Positions 1-33,054 are shown, counted from the stretch's first letter. The stretch: DNA of 64,000 nucleotides from Tubiluchus corallicola (GCA_030141605.1 JAQGDQ010000009.1:434001-498000); one strand, 5' to 3'. Numbers and translations: made by a program. Notes: a model not told the origin generated them from the sequence alone.

Positions 1-272
1 AACAGAAAAGTGTGCCAGGGCACTTTCAGGAGCAAATGAGTAATATGTAGCAATAAAATAAACAGTCCATGTGTGCATGTGTGTTGCTGAATACTGAAAC
101 CAGGAAAAAACTCCAACAAAACGAAAACTTTTTCTTATGCATTTCATTTGGATGTACAAGCTTAGATCAGTAACTCGATTCCCCACAGAAAATCACAAGA
201 AAAAAACTGGAATTCTAACGAGAAACACGCAAATGTGTCTCTGATGCAATGCATAACCATGCTCAGAAAAAA

Positions 273-19792
<19,520 letters not shown>

Positions 19793-20801
19793 TGTTTTTA
19801 CTTGTCACCTTTCAGAATGTATTAATAACGTTTCAGCTACTACTTCATTGCAACACTAATGAAGCAACCATCATCAATTTTACATTTCGCACCGGTCAGC
19901 CGCTCAGCAGCAAGACTTCTCACAGCATTACATAACGAATTAATAACAATCTCGCCGAAAAAACAAAGGCTGGATGCACAACAGGCCAAAGTTCAAACTA
20001 TTTTTCTAACAAACTCCAAGACAGTTGGAGAGCCCTGTCAGGACTATTCAACACCTATAGGAAGACTACTGCACACTGTTACACAGCACAAGCCTAACGT
20101 AATAGCAGCTGAAGCTGTATAGTATTGATTTGTCCAGCGTGAAGGAAACAGTGGGAATGCCACACGTTACTAAAGCTGCCTTTTGCAGTGAAAACCAACG
20201 TCAAGATTTCTGAACAAAGTTGAGAGAAATTGCGAAAACTATACTGCAGTTCTCATAAAATGAGCAAAAGAAAATATCATTACGCTGAAGCAATCAGCTG
20301 ACAATGGCAACGGCCAAATAACTGTTTGATTTCATGATATGACGAACTAAAGTTCATGACGGTTCAATGTATTCGAAATGAACTAAAAATTGCTTGTGTT
20401 AAAATTTGAATTTAAACAAATTGCTGCAGTTTTTTATATGATGTAACACTACACTCTAACAATGTACAGCCGAGTGGTTTTGCACGTTTTGGCTCCTGAC
20501 TGCCTGAGTTCAATACCCGAGCTCTGTGTGGTTTCACTAGCCATTCTGCTTCTGGCTGTTTACCTCGTTGAGGGAGAACGTATGTTAATAAGCCAGGCTC
20601 AATCATCAACAGATCTCGTATGCTGAACTGTAGTGTATCCAATGTGCCAATGTGCACAGAAAATATATACAGTTACTTAAGAAAACATAAAAACTGTAGT
20701 ATTCTTAAGTACGTTGCTAATGCTATGCTGATGAAACTATAAGTAAAAAGTTACTGATTCCAGTCTTCCAGAATTTATATATAGGTATTAATGTATATAT
20801 G

Positions 20802-21112
20802 TAGGGCCGGATTATGACCTTTTGGGGGCCCTAGGCTAACGAAATTATGGGGCCCTCTCAGATGGAGCCACACCTCACTCGCCTTGAGTATATTTTACTA
20901 GTGATGTAATTTAGCGATATTTACGTAACTTGAAGTAAACTTATATTTTGTTTGTCAATAAAAACATTCTTTAAGAATTAACACTATTTTACTATTTATT
21001 GCAAACCAAACTAGCACATAAATCAACAAAACAGATTTTTTACCAAATGTTACCAAAGTTTCAGGGTCCTAGGCTGCAGCCTATAACTAGTCTATAGGAT
21101 AATCCGGTCCTG
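20802..21112. mobile_element. hAT-like MITE
   Basis: TIR AGGGCCGGATTAT / ATAATCCGGTCCT with GGGCCC(TAGGC) subterminal motifs. Confidence 0.7.
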
Positions 21113-21835
21113 CCGGGAGGATACTACTCTGATAAAGCGAATGTCTATGGGAGCGCATGCAAACATGCGTATCTGATTTTGCTATGAATTTATGACTGCA
21201 GCATCAGTTAACGTTAAAAATTCCCGGTCGTGGCTCAACGAAAATTTATCTTGTAGATTTTACATGCACGATAACCCACTGTGTTAATATTCATTCAAAG
21301 AAGGCAGTAAACTTCGTTTCCTAGTTCATCAACTTGTCACAAGCTAAAATTCTCTGAAAACGGCAGCAGTTTTCTCGAATGGAATGCCAACTGATGCTGT
21401 TTTGATAACTAAAATTGTAGAAAATGGATACTTGGGCAACCAAAGTCACGTATGCAGACACCGTCTTGGAATCAAAGTCAGACATGAGACGATACGTATA
21501 TATACTGTCTCATTCAACGAATGTTTAATCTTCCTATTCAGTATTTACACAATACATTACACAATGTGTTTAACGAATAAAACTACTCCGGTGAAGGACA
21601 ACTTAACTTGATGAATAAGTGTAGGCAAGATAAAGAGCACATAAGCTACGTAATACAGCTGCAAATTTACACGCGTGTTGAATGTAAAAATAATACAGTC
21701 TTGCATAATAGATGTATCTATTGTATAATTGTTCTTTTATGCTTAAAGTGTTGTTGTGATACCAACAGATGCTAATAATACAGTATTATACCATATCAAC
21801 ATAATACACAAGGGAAACGCAATGTTCACATAACG

Positions 21836-22081
21836 GCGCGTTCAAACTAGCGAGTTTTCTCGCCAAGTAACTCTTCGACAGTAAGGTCACTAGACACTCA
21901 CTTCTAATTTAAATCAGGAAGTGTCGAGAGCAACCCGAGGCGTTCACACTAAACAGTAAATCAACTTGTAGTAACTGTCGGAGAGTTTTTTGACAGTAAC
22001 TCACAAAACAGTTCACACTTGCCAGTCTGCTGTCAGAGAGAAAACTTGCGACAGAAAATTCGATAGTCTTAATGCGCAGTA
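21836..22081. mobile_element. PIF/Harbinger-like MITE, copy 1
   Basis: TIR GGCGCGTTCAAACTAGCGAGTTTTCT, degenerate inverted end near 22050-22080; shares sequence with 50247 and 52719. Confidence 0.65.
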
Positions 22082-22282
22082 ATCATTTTAATGGCAGCAT
22101 AATTAGTCTGGTGTTTAGCTGTTAATCGCAAAACTAATTAGCTAACTGAAACGCAAACGAATCAATGATGGTGACATGTTTGCTAAACAGGCAGCTTAAC
22201 AACTGCTTTTCAAAAATCACAAATAGATGCATTAATTGCCATTAAGCATCACAACTAAACAAATTAGTTAATTACCAATTAC

Positions 22283-22314
22283 CTGCTGTAATTAGATTGT
22301 CCAGACTGTCCCAT
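22283..22314 (-). CDS. KLC: Candidate alternative KLC first exon (MGQSGQSNYS-R)
   Basis: ATGG start, CAG|GTAATT phase-2 donor. Confidence 0.45.
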
Positions 22315-25300
22315 TTGTGTTGCGGGTTGGCCTGGTGATTGTGAAATTTTAAACATTAATTTACTAAACAGCTTTTTCATAGTACCAACAACAGCAAAAG
22401 ATTTAACCGGTCCAGTGTTTGAAATCTGTCTCTAGGCATAGTTGCTCTAGATAATGATCGTATTTGCTAAAATAAACTGAGATTATAAGTTTGGTGAACA
22501 ATCACTACAGTTTAACTCTTTCATCGGTGAAATCATAAAAAAACACACGATCAGAATAATTCTCAAGAGAATCCCACTAAGAGAGAATATCAACTACAGC
22601 CCAGCGCTTGACAACTATACCAAACACTAACCCATCAAGGCTTTCATCCAGTCAGATAGTGCAAGCATGTGCTATTTTGGGTTTGAATCCCTAGAAGCTG
22701 GGCATACCATTAAGCAGTGCTGCCGAATTTCACATGTGAAATCATTTGCCCCCCGAACCGTGTTCATTTCTCATTCTAGGCTTCGCACATAAAAGCTTTG
22801 CATGCGGATCCTATTAGGATACATTTACCCTCGAGTAAGCCCACTCTCAACCCCCTGGATTGTTTGACAGCAGGAATAGCTGTGAAACAGGGGGTGATGA
22901 GATTCCAAAGACGCCCTCATTGTACATTTGTCTTTATACAGTACAGCCAGCACATTCCTCAAATACCAGAGGTCACCAGAAAGATTTTCATACCCAGAGA
23001 GTCACAACAAAGATTAAATTCTTCACAATTACGCGAATGGCACAATATAATAAAAATACCAGAGTCAGCAAAATCTTCAAAGTGTCATTGAACAAGCAAA
23101 TGTACGTTCACAACAGCACTGATACAACAGTGAAAGATGACTTGAAAACTGTTCAGTTGTTGCTATTTTCTGCAAGAATTTACACAGGTATTCTAAATTC
23201 ACTATCTTGATAGGTAACAGCCAGGTGACTAAGGTCGCTTAATGACAGAGACAGGCTCCTCAGATGTAGGTTCATAATCAACTACTAAACTGCTGACTAA
23301 CTGATTACTTGCTTAACTGACCGACTGGTTGAGTGAGCCAACTGACCAATTGAGTGTTTTACTGGTTGAATGTAGACTGTTGTAGACTAACTGACCAACT
23401 ACCCATGGGTATTTGTCTCCTCAATGACACAGTTCGTTTCTGTCATCTCAAAATAATTCTCGGGCGTGCAGGGAAAACATCAAAACCCCGAGTTTCCTAG
23501 CATTTGATTTTATTGTGAATTTGATACCCAGATTTCACATTTGGCGGAGATATTTGAAAAACTTCGATTACAAAAACACAAAGAAATAGACAGCTGACAA
23601 TTTTTGACAAACTAACACGATTTTTTACTCTGAGCTCTGATTTACATTTAATAATCTTTAGACGCCGATACATTTATGAATTAGGATGCTCACACATATT
23701 AATGACTGGTGTTAAAATCCATGGCAAACTGTCAATAATTCCAATGATTCATTAAAAGAATATCTGCCTTAAGTTACCAACAGTAAATTATCAACCATTT
23801 GAGACGAGTGAACACGGTATGATCAGGATCGTTACTCGTCCCGGGCAATCTTATTCACCATGCATATTCTAACTACTCACCTGGTAGAAAGAGGACGCAT
23901 TCACAGCCAAACATGGCTAAGACACCTATGCCACTTCAGTGTCTCACCTTAAACTGTTAATCTTTATAATACCCTAGGTTCTGGCCTCACCACAAAGTCA
24001 TTCTCATTGAGTAGGCCGTGCCACGGAACACTGGATTCTGGTTTGCAGTTCGCCTAATTGTATATAAAGTGAAGTATTATCATGTTTTTTCGGGTGTCGA
24101 GTTTAAATGTACCCAGACAGTGACGACAAACACCTGAAACGTTATACACTTAACTGTTTTGTTATAATGCCATAACTCAAACTCCGGCAGCCAGCATACA
24201 ACTCCTCCAGAGCTGACTAGACTTAATAGCAATGTCCAACTAGCGAAGTCATCCAAGAGGCTGCACAATGTAGCCATGGCCCTGCAAATGCATGGAATTG
24301 TGATGGAGACATCATTCTGTTAGATCTTATATGCCAGTCATTGCACTAACCAACCAAAAGTGACGTCCAACCAAGATTAAAAACTCGATAAAAAGCATCT
24401 TTGCATTAAGGACATTTTTAAGGCCAGTGGTTATCAGTAGAAATCATATATCCATTAGACCATAATTCTCTGCTGTAGTTGAACGTGTGACAGACTTTTA
24501 AGTAACTCTAACACAATCACTAGAAGAACTTTGCTCATTGAATAAAGAAAATTGCTACAATAATGCCAGTTAACCTCATCGGCTTCTTATCCTAGAAATG
24601 CCAGATACAAACATTAGAGGGTAAATTAGTGAAATGGATGCCCAATGACCTGGACTCATGTACAATTTTCAACCCATGGAGTTACAGACTTACAGCAGTT
24701 GAATCAGTAAGTGAGAAGCTTTACAAAAGTGGTTACCTGGTATCTTTTCATTAATGATCTAAAAGTGAATGATGAGCAAGTCAATGAAAGAGTTAAACTT
24801 TTCAAAGTAGACCAAAAATTCATCAAGAATACTGGTAGATTTAAGTAAGGAAACAGACTTGTATTTTTAGATCATGCAGTTACATTTTGTTATGTATTGT
24901 TTCTAGCATAATCTTGTAAAATATTTTATATCTTGCCTGAGGTCTTTACATCAGCTTCGTTGTTGATCAAAAGTCACATTATATGTGAAAAATAATAAAT
25001 GCAAATATGTTTATAAAAAAGAGCAAGAGTTAATGTTTATGCGAAATCAGCAAATGCAGTGACAAGAAAACCATTGCAAAGAAGCAAAACTAATGCATTT
25101 CTTCAGTACATTCCAGACTACAGTTTTTGCCATATTCTCTTACTTTCATTAACACATTTCATATAACAGATTCGTTGGATTGCAATGAGCGTGTCTGAAA
25201 TAGTGACAACATGCGATCTTCTTTCATTTTCCCAAAGGATTTAAAATGATTGCACATGTTCATCTTCAGATCCAGTTCAATTTCGCAAATTTTGAGAAAC

Positions 25301-27282
25301 TGAGATGCTGCGTAATGATAAAGTCTAATGCATTCTGCGCCGTTGATTAGTACAAATATAAAAATGGAATATTGAATGTCATTTTCGTAAACCTTTCAAT
25401 GTATTTCAACTAAGAGATGCTGTTAATAAAGAAAAGGATAAAAGGACTTTTTTCACGAAATGTTGGAAACATTAAATAAAATATGATTATTGAAAAATTG
25501 AATGGGAATGTGTTATGTGCATTACAATGTCCTTGAATAATGTTACAATGCCAACATTTCAATTTGCAGGAGTATTAGAGCTACAGTGGAAAATATAATT
25601 ATCAATACCTATCAATAAATAGCACTTAATAATTAACAACAACAGTGAGTATAGCCATCTACTGAAAGGAAAGCTTTGTGTAACTACTTGAACTATTCAG
25701 AAAACCATTAATTATACATGTAAGCATAGGTGTGCTGTCATTAATCAATAAAAGTTAACAGAAATGTCACTCCTAAAACCTTATAATGGGGAATTGGTCC
25801 CACCAGGCGGCTGTCCATTTAAACACATTCTGAACAGGTAAGGCCTTATGGGTGGAGATACAGATGTAAATTTTAAGTCCTTCATTGCTATAGTAAAACA
25901 AACCTACTTCAACAATGCAGTAAGAAGAAAGATATTCTACCTGATCATAAAACTGCAACCCTTCTGCTGAAAATTCTAACATAGGTCACTCGGCTATTAA
26001 CGAATTACCTGTCAGTGTTACCTGCAAATCTGTGACTCCGACACACAGCTAACTCCAGTTCACATATATTTGTGCAGCACGGATTCTGAAATCTGTTAGA
26101 GTTTCGATATCCTCAGCGATAAATGTTTACGCTTTTATGTGTGAAATAAAAATATCTTACTCATTACAGAGTTGGACTTGTATGCCACAGTACCAAAAAT
26201 GTTGTCATGAATCGTGCAACCAGGAAAACAACTTGTTTTGTCTCCATAAAGTCCAAATCTATCTAGTATTGTATTCGGGTATTTCAAGGGCACATAATAG
26301 CTATTATACACGTAGACTGCTTAACAGGAACACAACAATTACAATGATTGCTGTTCACCCAACAAATTTACACCAAATTACCAACCAAGTGTACCATTAA
26401 AAACCCATTTCCCAACTGCATCCACAACGCTAGTCTGGCGTAACATAGTGGGAGTGAACAATAGAGAACAATAGGTGGTTGCACAATGGTAATTCTGAAT
26501 TGAACATTCACATGGTTAAAATCTTGTACTCCTTTATAGACAAGATCAGTATTTTTTCAACACATAAAATTTTTATTTAATTATGGCTCACCCAAACATC
26601 TGATACTGCTAATAAAAATAATCCAAAATGAAAAAAATGGATGGTTAATAAAATGAATTTTAGCCAATGTTTCTGAATGTCATCTCTGTAACATGCATAG
26701 AAAGTAATTCACTTTAAAAAAAAAACCTCAGAATAACAATCAAAATGGTGAACAGCTGAATCAAATGAGTTTTACAATGCAGGAGAATATTCAGTGAACA
26801 AGAAAGAGATCAGTCACCCAAAAACTAGAATACTGAGATTAGCATTAGTGATGAACTCAACTGTATAATAAATGGACCGATTTCTTTATTTACCTTATCA
26901 AGAATTCGACATAGTGAATCTCAATAAATTCAAGTAAAAACTTAAAAGCCTCAGGACAAACTGCATGTCACAGTAAGTCTTAATTTGCAAGATAACACAT
27001 AGAAGGCAGCACCTACTAGTTACACGAAAAAGTTTAAACTAAACCACTAATTGCAAGGTTCTGATTCATATTGCCACTGATTGTGGAATACTGGGTATTG
27101 TGACACAAACGACATGAAAAATTGAAATTCATTTTAAATTATGAAATATTTAACAAAGGGACATCAAAGCCCATTTTTATGAAGTCGGCACTGTGCAAGC
27201 CACTCCCGCAAAAAATTTTGAGTATAAATACATTTATAATCAACAATGCTCAAACATTCTATTTGGTGTTCGTTTGTTTATC

Positions 27283-27970
27283 TAACGCAAAGCCAGCAGT
27301 AGCTTTTCCTGAATTAAAGTTATAAGGTTATAGGCAGAGTATAATGGATGACGTCAGAACAATGGCTTTGCATCAGCAGTCTTCCAAGCGAAAATTGCCA
27401 AAAATAGAACATCTATTTAACTCATCACAGCTCCTCAGGGTAGAACCGTCCTAAAATACAGTCCATACCATCGTATAGCCCTATTCTTCCTCTTTCTAAA
27501 GAGCCATATATCTCCTTCCGAGAAACCCACCAGGCGTCGCTAGTACGTTTTTCCTACAGGCTGTTTGACCAAAATTTCGAAAAAATCGAGAGTTGGGTCA
27601 GGGAAAATGCCCGTTGCGGGGTGCCGTGACCCTCCCACAAATTCTAAATATGCCTACTGCACCCACCATTGAACCGGCTATCTATCCTTGGCCGGCACCA
27701 CCCCCGGCCCATTCCTGTTCTCCAGAAATAAGAGGTATAAGTTTTGCAATTTTTTGCAAAAACAGCTGAAAAATAGCCATGTTTTTCGCCCCCCCCCCAC
27801 TCGTCCCGCCGGGCCCGATTCGAAAAATAAACCCCCAAAGAGACCACGCTAGATCAAGACCTTTCGTTTGATATACAGATCGCCGGAAATAATGCCGTTG
27901 TTAGAGCTGTAGCCTCGAATCTTATACATGCATATATTAAGCCCATACCAGCGAAATTAATATATACGAT
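27283..27970 (-). mobile_element. Non-autonomous Helitron-like element (young, GC/CpG-rich)
   Basis: Sharp GC island; minus-strand 5' end ATCGTATATATTAAT; 3' end short hairpin AAGCTA-ctgc-TGGCTT followed by TTAG. Confidence 0.5.
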
Positions 27971-27993
27971 GTGCAAAGCAGCATTACATATAA

Positions 27994-28062
27994 CACTACC
28001 CAAGGCAGTTTTCCCAGCAATCACCACTGCATTTCCTAACCAGGTTCGGCATTGCTTAACTT
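27994..28062 (-). pseudogene. 5S rRNA-derived fragment, more decayed
   Basis: AAGTTAAGCAATGCCGAACCTGGTTAGGAAATG..GGTGATTGCTGGGAAAAC. Confidence 0.55.
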
Positions 28063-29256
28063 TTCAAAAAAATGAATTGATCTTCCCAACTCATAGTTAT
28101 TCACACAGTAAGGTAATTACAAGTACGTAATTACTTACTCACAGGCTAGATAATCTTTTCCTAAAACATTTAAATCAACTAATTCATGTGAATGATGAAG
28201 AAACAGCAAAGCGATGTATTAATAAATTTGTTAGTATGTACAAATAGTTGACCATGATAGCACATAAGCACAGCTAACAATTATCATGCTATCATGGATA
28301 AATCAAGCCTAGTCTAATCTTTTAAATGAGAGAACAGTTCACACATATCTGGAAATAATGTGTACGAACGTATGTGTGAATGTGTGTATATTATGTACGA
28401 TGTTTGCAATATAGCAGACTATATTAGCAAATCAAATGAACTTACCTTTTGGTCAAATTTCAAACAGCATGATAGCAAAACAGTGTAATAATGCTTCACT
28501 AATTAAGTCAAATGGTTTCTATAGTTGACCAAAAGATTTTCAAGGCGTCTAGGAAACCTGAAGTAAAAAAAACTCATGTTACATCCTACAATATGGCATC
28601 ACATCCAATATCCCACTTTGTACAACTGTTTAAAGTGCACCAACCCGTTCAAGAGTCACTACACACCTACAAGTGTAAATTGTGTACTTCTCAGAATGAG
28701 AATATTAGCATTTTATATCTTATTCAGACTTCATTGCATTTTTAGAGTTTAAACAGCATCATAAAAACTAGGTAGCTGTATAATGTTATCCAAAAACAGT
28801 TTGATATCCTTTTCTCTTGATGTAGTTTCAATAGAAAACCTGGATAAAACCACGATATTTTGTTTCTGAAATATCTGTAACTTTAACGGTATACCAGAAT
28901 TTTCTGGTATTGATCAATTGCAACAAAATTAGTGTACATACGCATTGCTACATTGCTACAATGGAATTTTTCTCAGTTGGACCAATTTGGACAGAACAAG
29001 GACCAGAGTAGCAAGTTCATGTCATTTTACATGGCATCTGCTTAACAATGGCATTTAAAGTTTATAGTTTATTGCCACTGAGCTTGACTAGTAAACTGCT
29101 TCAGGGGGTTTCTTTTGGCACTTTGGCTATTTATCTTCATATTGTTTAACTTGTAGTCAAGCACACACAGGCTTTCTTCTTTACTGTATATATATATATA
29201 GTATCATTCACACATGCACACACACACACACGTATATAAAATATATAGTACAGAGA

Positions 29257-29341
29257 ATAATTAACCTAGCCACTGGGGGGGGGGGGGCAAGCCAGCCCAA
29301 CTCAGTGCCGGTCCCAAGCCCAGATAAATAGGGAGGGTTAG
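29257..29341 (+). ncRNA. Twister self-cleaving ribozyme (type P1), probably the 5' relic of an RTE-type retroelement
   Basis: TAA-CCTA-GCC-ACTG...CAGT-GCCGG-TCCCAAGC-CCAG-ATAAA-TAGG-GAGGG. P2 is CCTA/TAGG, P3 is ACTG/CAGT, P4 is CCGG/CCAG (one mismatch), and both pseudoknots (CCC/GGG, GC/GC) are intact. Confidence 0.85.
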
Positions 29342-29526
29342 GGTCAGACAAAGTTAAAAGCAAACTTTTTGAAGAGAAGTTAAATAGTTACAAATTAAGT
29401 CTTGAAAAACACAGGTTTGAGCTGGGTTTCTCACTTCAGACGACATGAGCCAGAATAAGCTCTCAAGTTTCATCTTGAAAATGAAGATAATTCAAGAAAA
29501 GTTACCTAAATTGCAAACCTACTTAC

Positions 29527-29543
29527 TCTCGTGCATTAGGCAT
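29527..29543 (-). CDS. KLC: Candidate alternative KLC first exon (MPNAR-E)
   Basis: ATG CCT AAT GCA CGA GA|GTAAGT, phase 2. Confidence 0.4.
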
Positions 29544-30299
29544 GTGTCATACGCATTCTAAGTCTTTTGCACGAATCAAGTTTCAGCTCTCGCTCATTAC
29601 GCAAGTTCACACGCAGGTTTGCAAGTTACCCGATTTCCTTTGCCAACCACAACACAATTAGTAGTAATATGCTTAATAATACAGTAGAGGTCATGAGTCT
29701 CATGACGTAGGTATATATTATACTAAAGGGTATTAAATTAAAATTAATCACTTCTGGATGCTATTGAGCTACCACGTGTAAATCAGAATGTGTATTAAAG
29801 AACATGTTTACTACATAAAAAGGATTATATAAACCATATAATTGCAATAACAGCATAAGAAAGCTCAGTAGTACCGAAAATTTACCTTAACTTTTTGATA
29901 ATTTTATTTTTATACCCAAAAAAGAAAAAATTTCTAGGGCGCAATTTGCTCCCCCTGGACCCTAGCTGCCTGATACCTAGGCTTTCTACATTTCACACTC
30001 ATTCTTACATCAAATGGTTTAACAGGTCTGAAATGACTCAGCCTTATTGAACGCATAAACTAAGAAAAAGAATGGCTTCCCACAAAAAAGTGCCACAGTG
30101 ACCCAGTCTTGAACAATATACTTGTAGAAGCCTTTTACAGCACACTAGAAGTTTGGGGTGCACATGATTAGTATAATTTTTGAGAAAAAACAACTCACTG
30201 GTTGGTAATGTTATTGAAGGTATGATCAGAAATTCAGTTCTAAGTGAAACAAGGGAAAGATACTGCAGGTGATGGCTAAAAACCTGGCTAGATTTGCAG

Positions 30300-30840
30300 A
30301 CAGGTAAACCATGGTGGCACCTCATGGTAGTAACAGATGAGGGTGTTGGTGCTCTGAAGTGCCCTCTGGTTGTGATTTCTCTGATGTCTGGTAGGATGTT
30401 CCAAACATATTGCTCTGGGGTAGGAGTATTTAGTAAGTGTTGACTTGCTGCTGGTTGAGTGAATTTGCTCTTATCCTTGCATGACAGGGTAATATAAGTT
30501 GGTAAACTGATACCTAAGTTCCTCTCCTATCCTGTGTCGCACTATATCGCGGAAGATGTGACAGGGTAATATAAGTTGGTAAACTGATACCTAAGTTCCT
30601 CTCCTATCCTGTGTCGCACTATATCGAGGAAGTGTTTTGTATCGTTTATCAGTATCTGATTTATGGTGTTTCCAACAAGAGTTCAGATATCATCTTAGAC
30701 ACTTTGGCATTTTTGGAACATTCATTCATACAAATCGTGCTGCATTTCGCTGAAGCTGTTCGATGTGTTTGATATCAATGATTGTGTGAGGGTTCCAGGC
30801 TGTGATACCGTATTCTAGTTTTGGTCTGACCAAGTACTGG
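30300..30840 (-). mobile_element. Decayed CR1/L2-type LINE 3' end (RT C-terminus)
   Basis: QYLVRPKLEYGITAWNPHTIIDIKHIEQLQRNAARFV, then a frameshifted YPRA..WNILP motif. Confidence 0.8.
30482..30633. repeat. 77-bp tandem duplication inside the LINE relic
   Basis: TGACAGGGTAATATAAG...CACTATATCG(C/A)GGAAG twice, almost identical. Confidence 0.95.
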
Positions 30841-31339
30841 AACTAGTTTAGACTAGAGAAAAGAAAACAGACGGAACAAAAACAATATCGGATACTGTTT
30901 CAGATAAAAACAATATCGAGAAGGTAGACGTATTAAAAGGCTAGACCAATTACCAGGAAGTTCAATGTAATTGAATTTATGCTCTTATTGAGTCGATGCA
31001 GCATTAATTTTTCCCAAAAAATGCCTAAGGAAGAGTGACACTCATTTAAGAGTAAAAGAACCGTTTGCCTGCTGAAACTACTTCCAGTTCCACCTCAAGA
31101 ATAATAACTTGCAATTATTAGGAATGTTTACTCTCGCTGTTGATCTGGAAGTTAAATTGTTACATAAGATAACCTCACATTTTTCGATAGAAATGTAATG
31201 TGTTGATTCTCGCCAAACGCACGACGCAAAAGCGTTCGCTACTTTTAAAACTGAATTCCCTAAAATGCAGAGAAGTATTTTTAATGTAGGTACTATTTCT
31301 AACATTTTCTATCAAAATGAAAAATTAATGAAAAACACT

Positions 31340-31425
31340 GACTGCAATCTCAACTTTCCAACATTAAGTCGTCAACAATGAACCGCCATTCTTTAACTAC
31401 AGTGTCGCGATCTGTTGGGCACCAA
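31340..31425 (-). promoter_or_regulatory. Putative distal KLC promoter / non-coding first exon
   Basis: Minus strand reads CCAACAGATCGCGACACTG (CTCF-like) followed by AATGGCGG (YY1-like initiator-region motif), with local CpG enrichment and a possible GTCAGT donor downstream. Confidence 0.4.
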
Positions 31426-32305
31426 AATAAGCTTAATCTGTTTGGCATTTTGCCAATCTCTTCATCCAGAGAAATTATCCACTCCTGAGTCCACGAATAG
31501 TAGTACAAAGTACTGCAGTAGAGCTATTGTAAACGCTTCTGAAAATTTTCAGAGCCAAACTAAGACAGATCGCTGGTACATGTCTAATCTAATCTAATAT
31601 CTCTTCACTTGTAACGGTACCTATTGAAGAAGCTCTAGCTACTAGCTAGTCACTACTTCATCGTCTAGAAGATATTCCCATACATCAGCATCTATCCAAA
31701 CAAGTTCATGACTTATTAATCTAGTGTTGTTAATATATAATTAAAGGAAAATAACATCTATTAACTATGCAGCTGATGGCTTTTATACCATTAGGTCTTA
31801 CAGCTTTTCATTAAAGGAGAAAAGCCAGTAAAAGACCACTGCGGAAATTGACCGATTGAATTTACTCTTATTGGATGGTGCTGCCCTCTATTAATGATCG
31901 ACAGGCATTGTTGTGTTGTCCGGTTTTTGCGTTTAGCGAACAATGGATGGCATGCTGGCAGGTGCTAGAACATGAGATTCTAGTAAGGTTTACGAGGTTT
32001 TCAAGTCAATCTAAGTGTTTCGTTAACAGAAATAAATGTTAATATCGTAAACTCTATTTTTAGTGTTGCATCAATTCATCTCTTGCCTTACATAGTCTCC
32101 GTTAAACGTTTCAATGCATTATTAGCCAGCACATTACGAGCGGCAAACCGCTATAACTGGGGAGAAAAACAGGTAATATAATAAACTGTCGTGAGTATTA
32201 TTTCAATGCAATACAGAAATATTGTATAGCAAGACAATTTAGCATTATTTCTAAATTATCTAAAACAGAAGCTAAAATCGAAATGTTCACAAAATAAAAT
32301 GCATT

Positions 32306-32400
32306 AACAGTCATTTGTTTTCAAATACATGATAAGAACAATATTAATTTTTAACACAAAACAACAGTCATTTGTTTTCATATACATGACATGAACAATA
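32306..32400. repeat. About 38-bp direct repeat x2
   Basis: AACAGTCATTTGTTTTCA(A/T)ATACATGA..GAACAATA. Confidence 0.85.
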
Positions 32401-32663
32401 CAATAGACCTTTTCTCAAAAGCAGTAATAACAGTATACAATTTTATCACAGAAATCATAGTTTTTGGTTTACAAATGTAACTGTTTGTGATGTGTTGCAA
32501 GCACACGACATTAAGATGCATGTAATTATGTCAATTTAAGTTGATCAACAGCACTAACACAAGAACATACTAATAAAGAGAAGGCCTATAAGTTTTGGCA
32601 CACACATTACTTGCTTAAATCGTAATGTACTAAAGGCTGTAGACTAACTATTGCAATGAAATG

Positions 32664-33054
32664 TAGGGGTGAGCATTCTTTACCAGAAAGCAACTTTGAA
32701 TCAAATTTGGGACTTTCAACTCAAATTAAACTGAATTTTCAGATTTCAAATCTGAATTGAATTCAAACTGAACTTTAAAGATTTTTGAATAAATTTCCAG
32801 AGCATTAATAAAAGGCAGTCTCACAAAGATCATGCATATTACTTGAGTTTGTTCTATAGTAAAAATGTTTAAAAATTTCACACAGACGTCGCAGCTAAAT
32901 TGTGTTGATTGCATGATGTTTCAAATATTTTAATGATAAAGAATGTATGTAACTGAAGTGCTAAATTATTAGAATTCATAAGTTTAGGTTAGCAAGGAAT
33001 TCAAACTAAAAAAACTTGTTCGAATCGAATTGGACCGTTCGATGCTCACCCCTA
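32664..33054. mobile_element. hAT-type MITE
   Basis: TIR TAGGGGTGAGCAT / ATGCTCACCCCTA; flanks ATGAAATG / ATAGAATG (6 of 8 match); TCGAA-type subterminal repeats. Confidence 0.78.

Noticed and set aside
30482-30633. 77-bp repeat as a functional array
   Set aside because: Simple two-copy duplication inside a dead LINE
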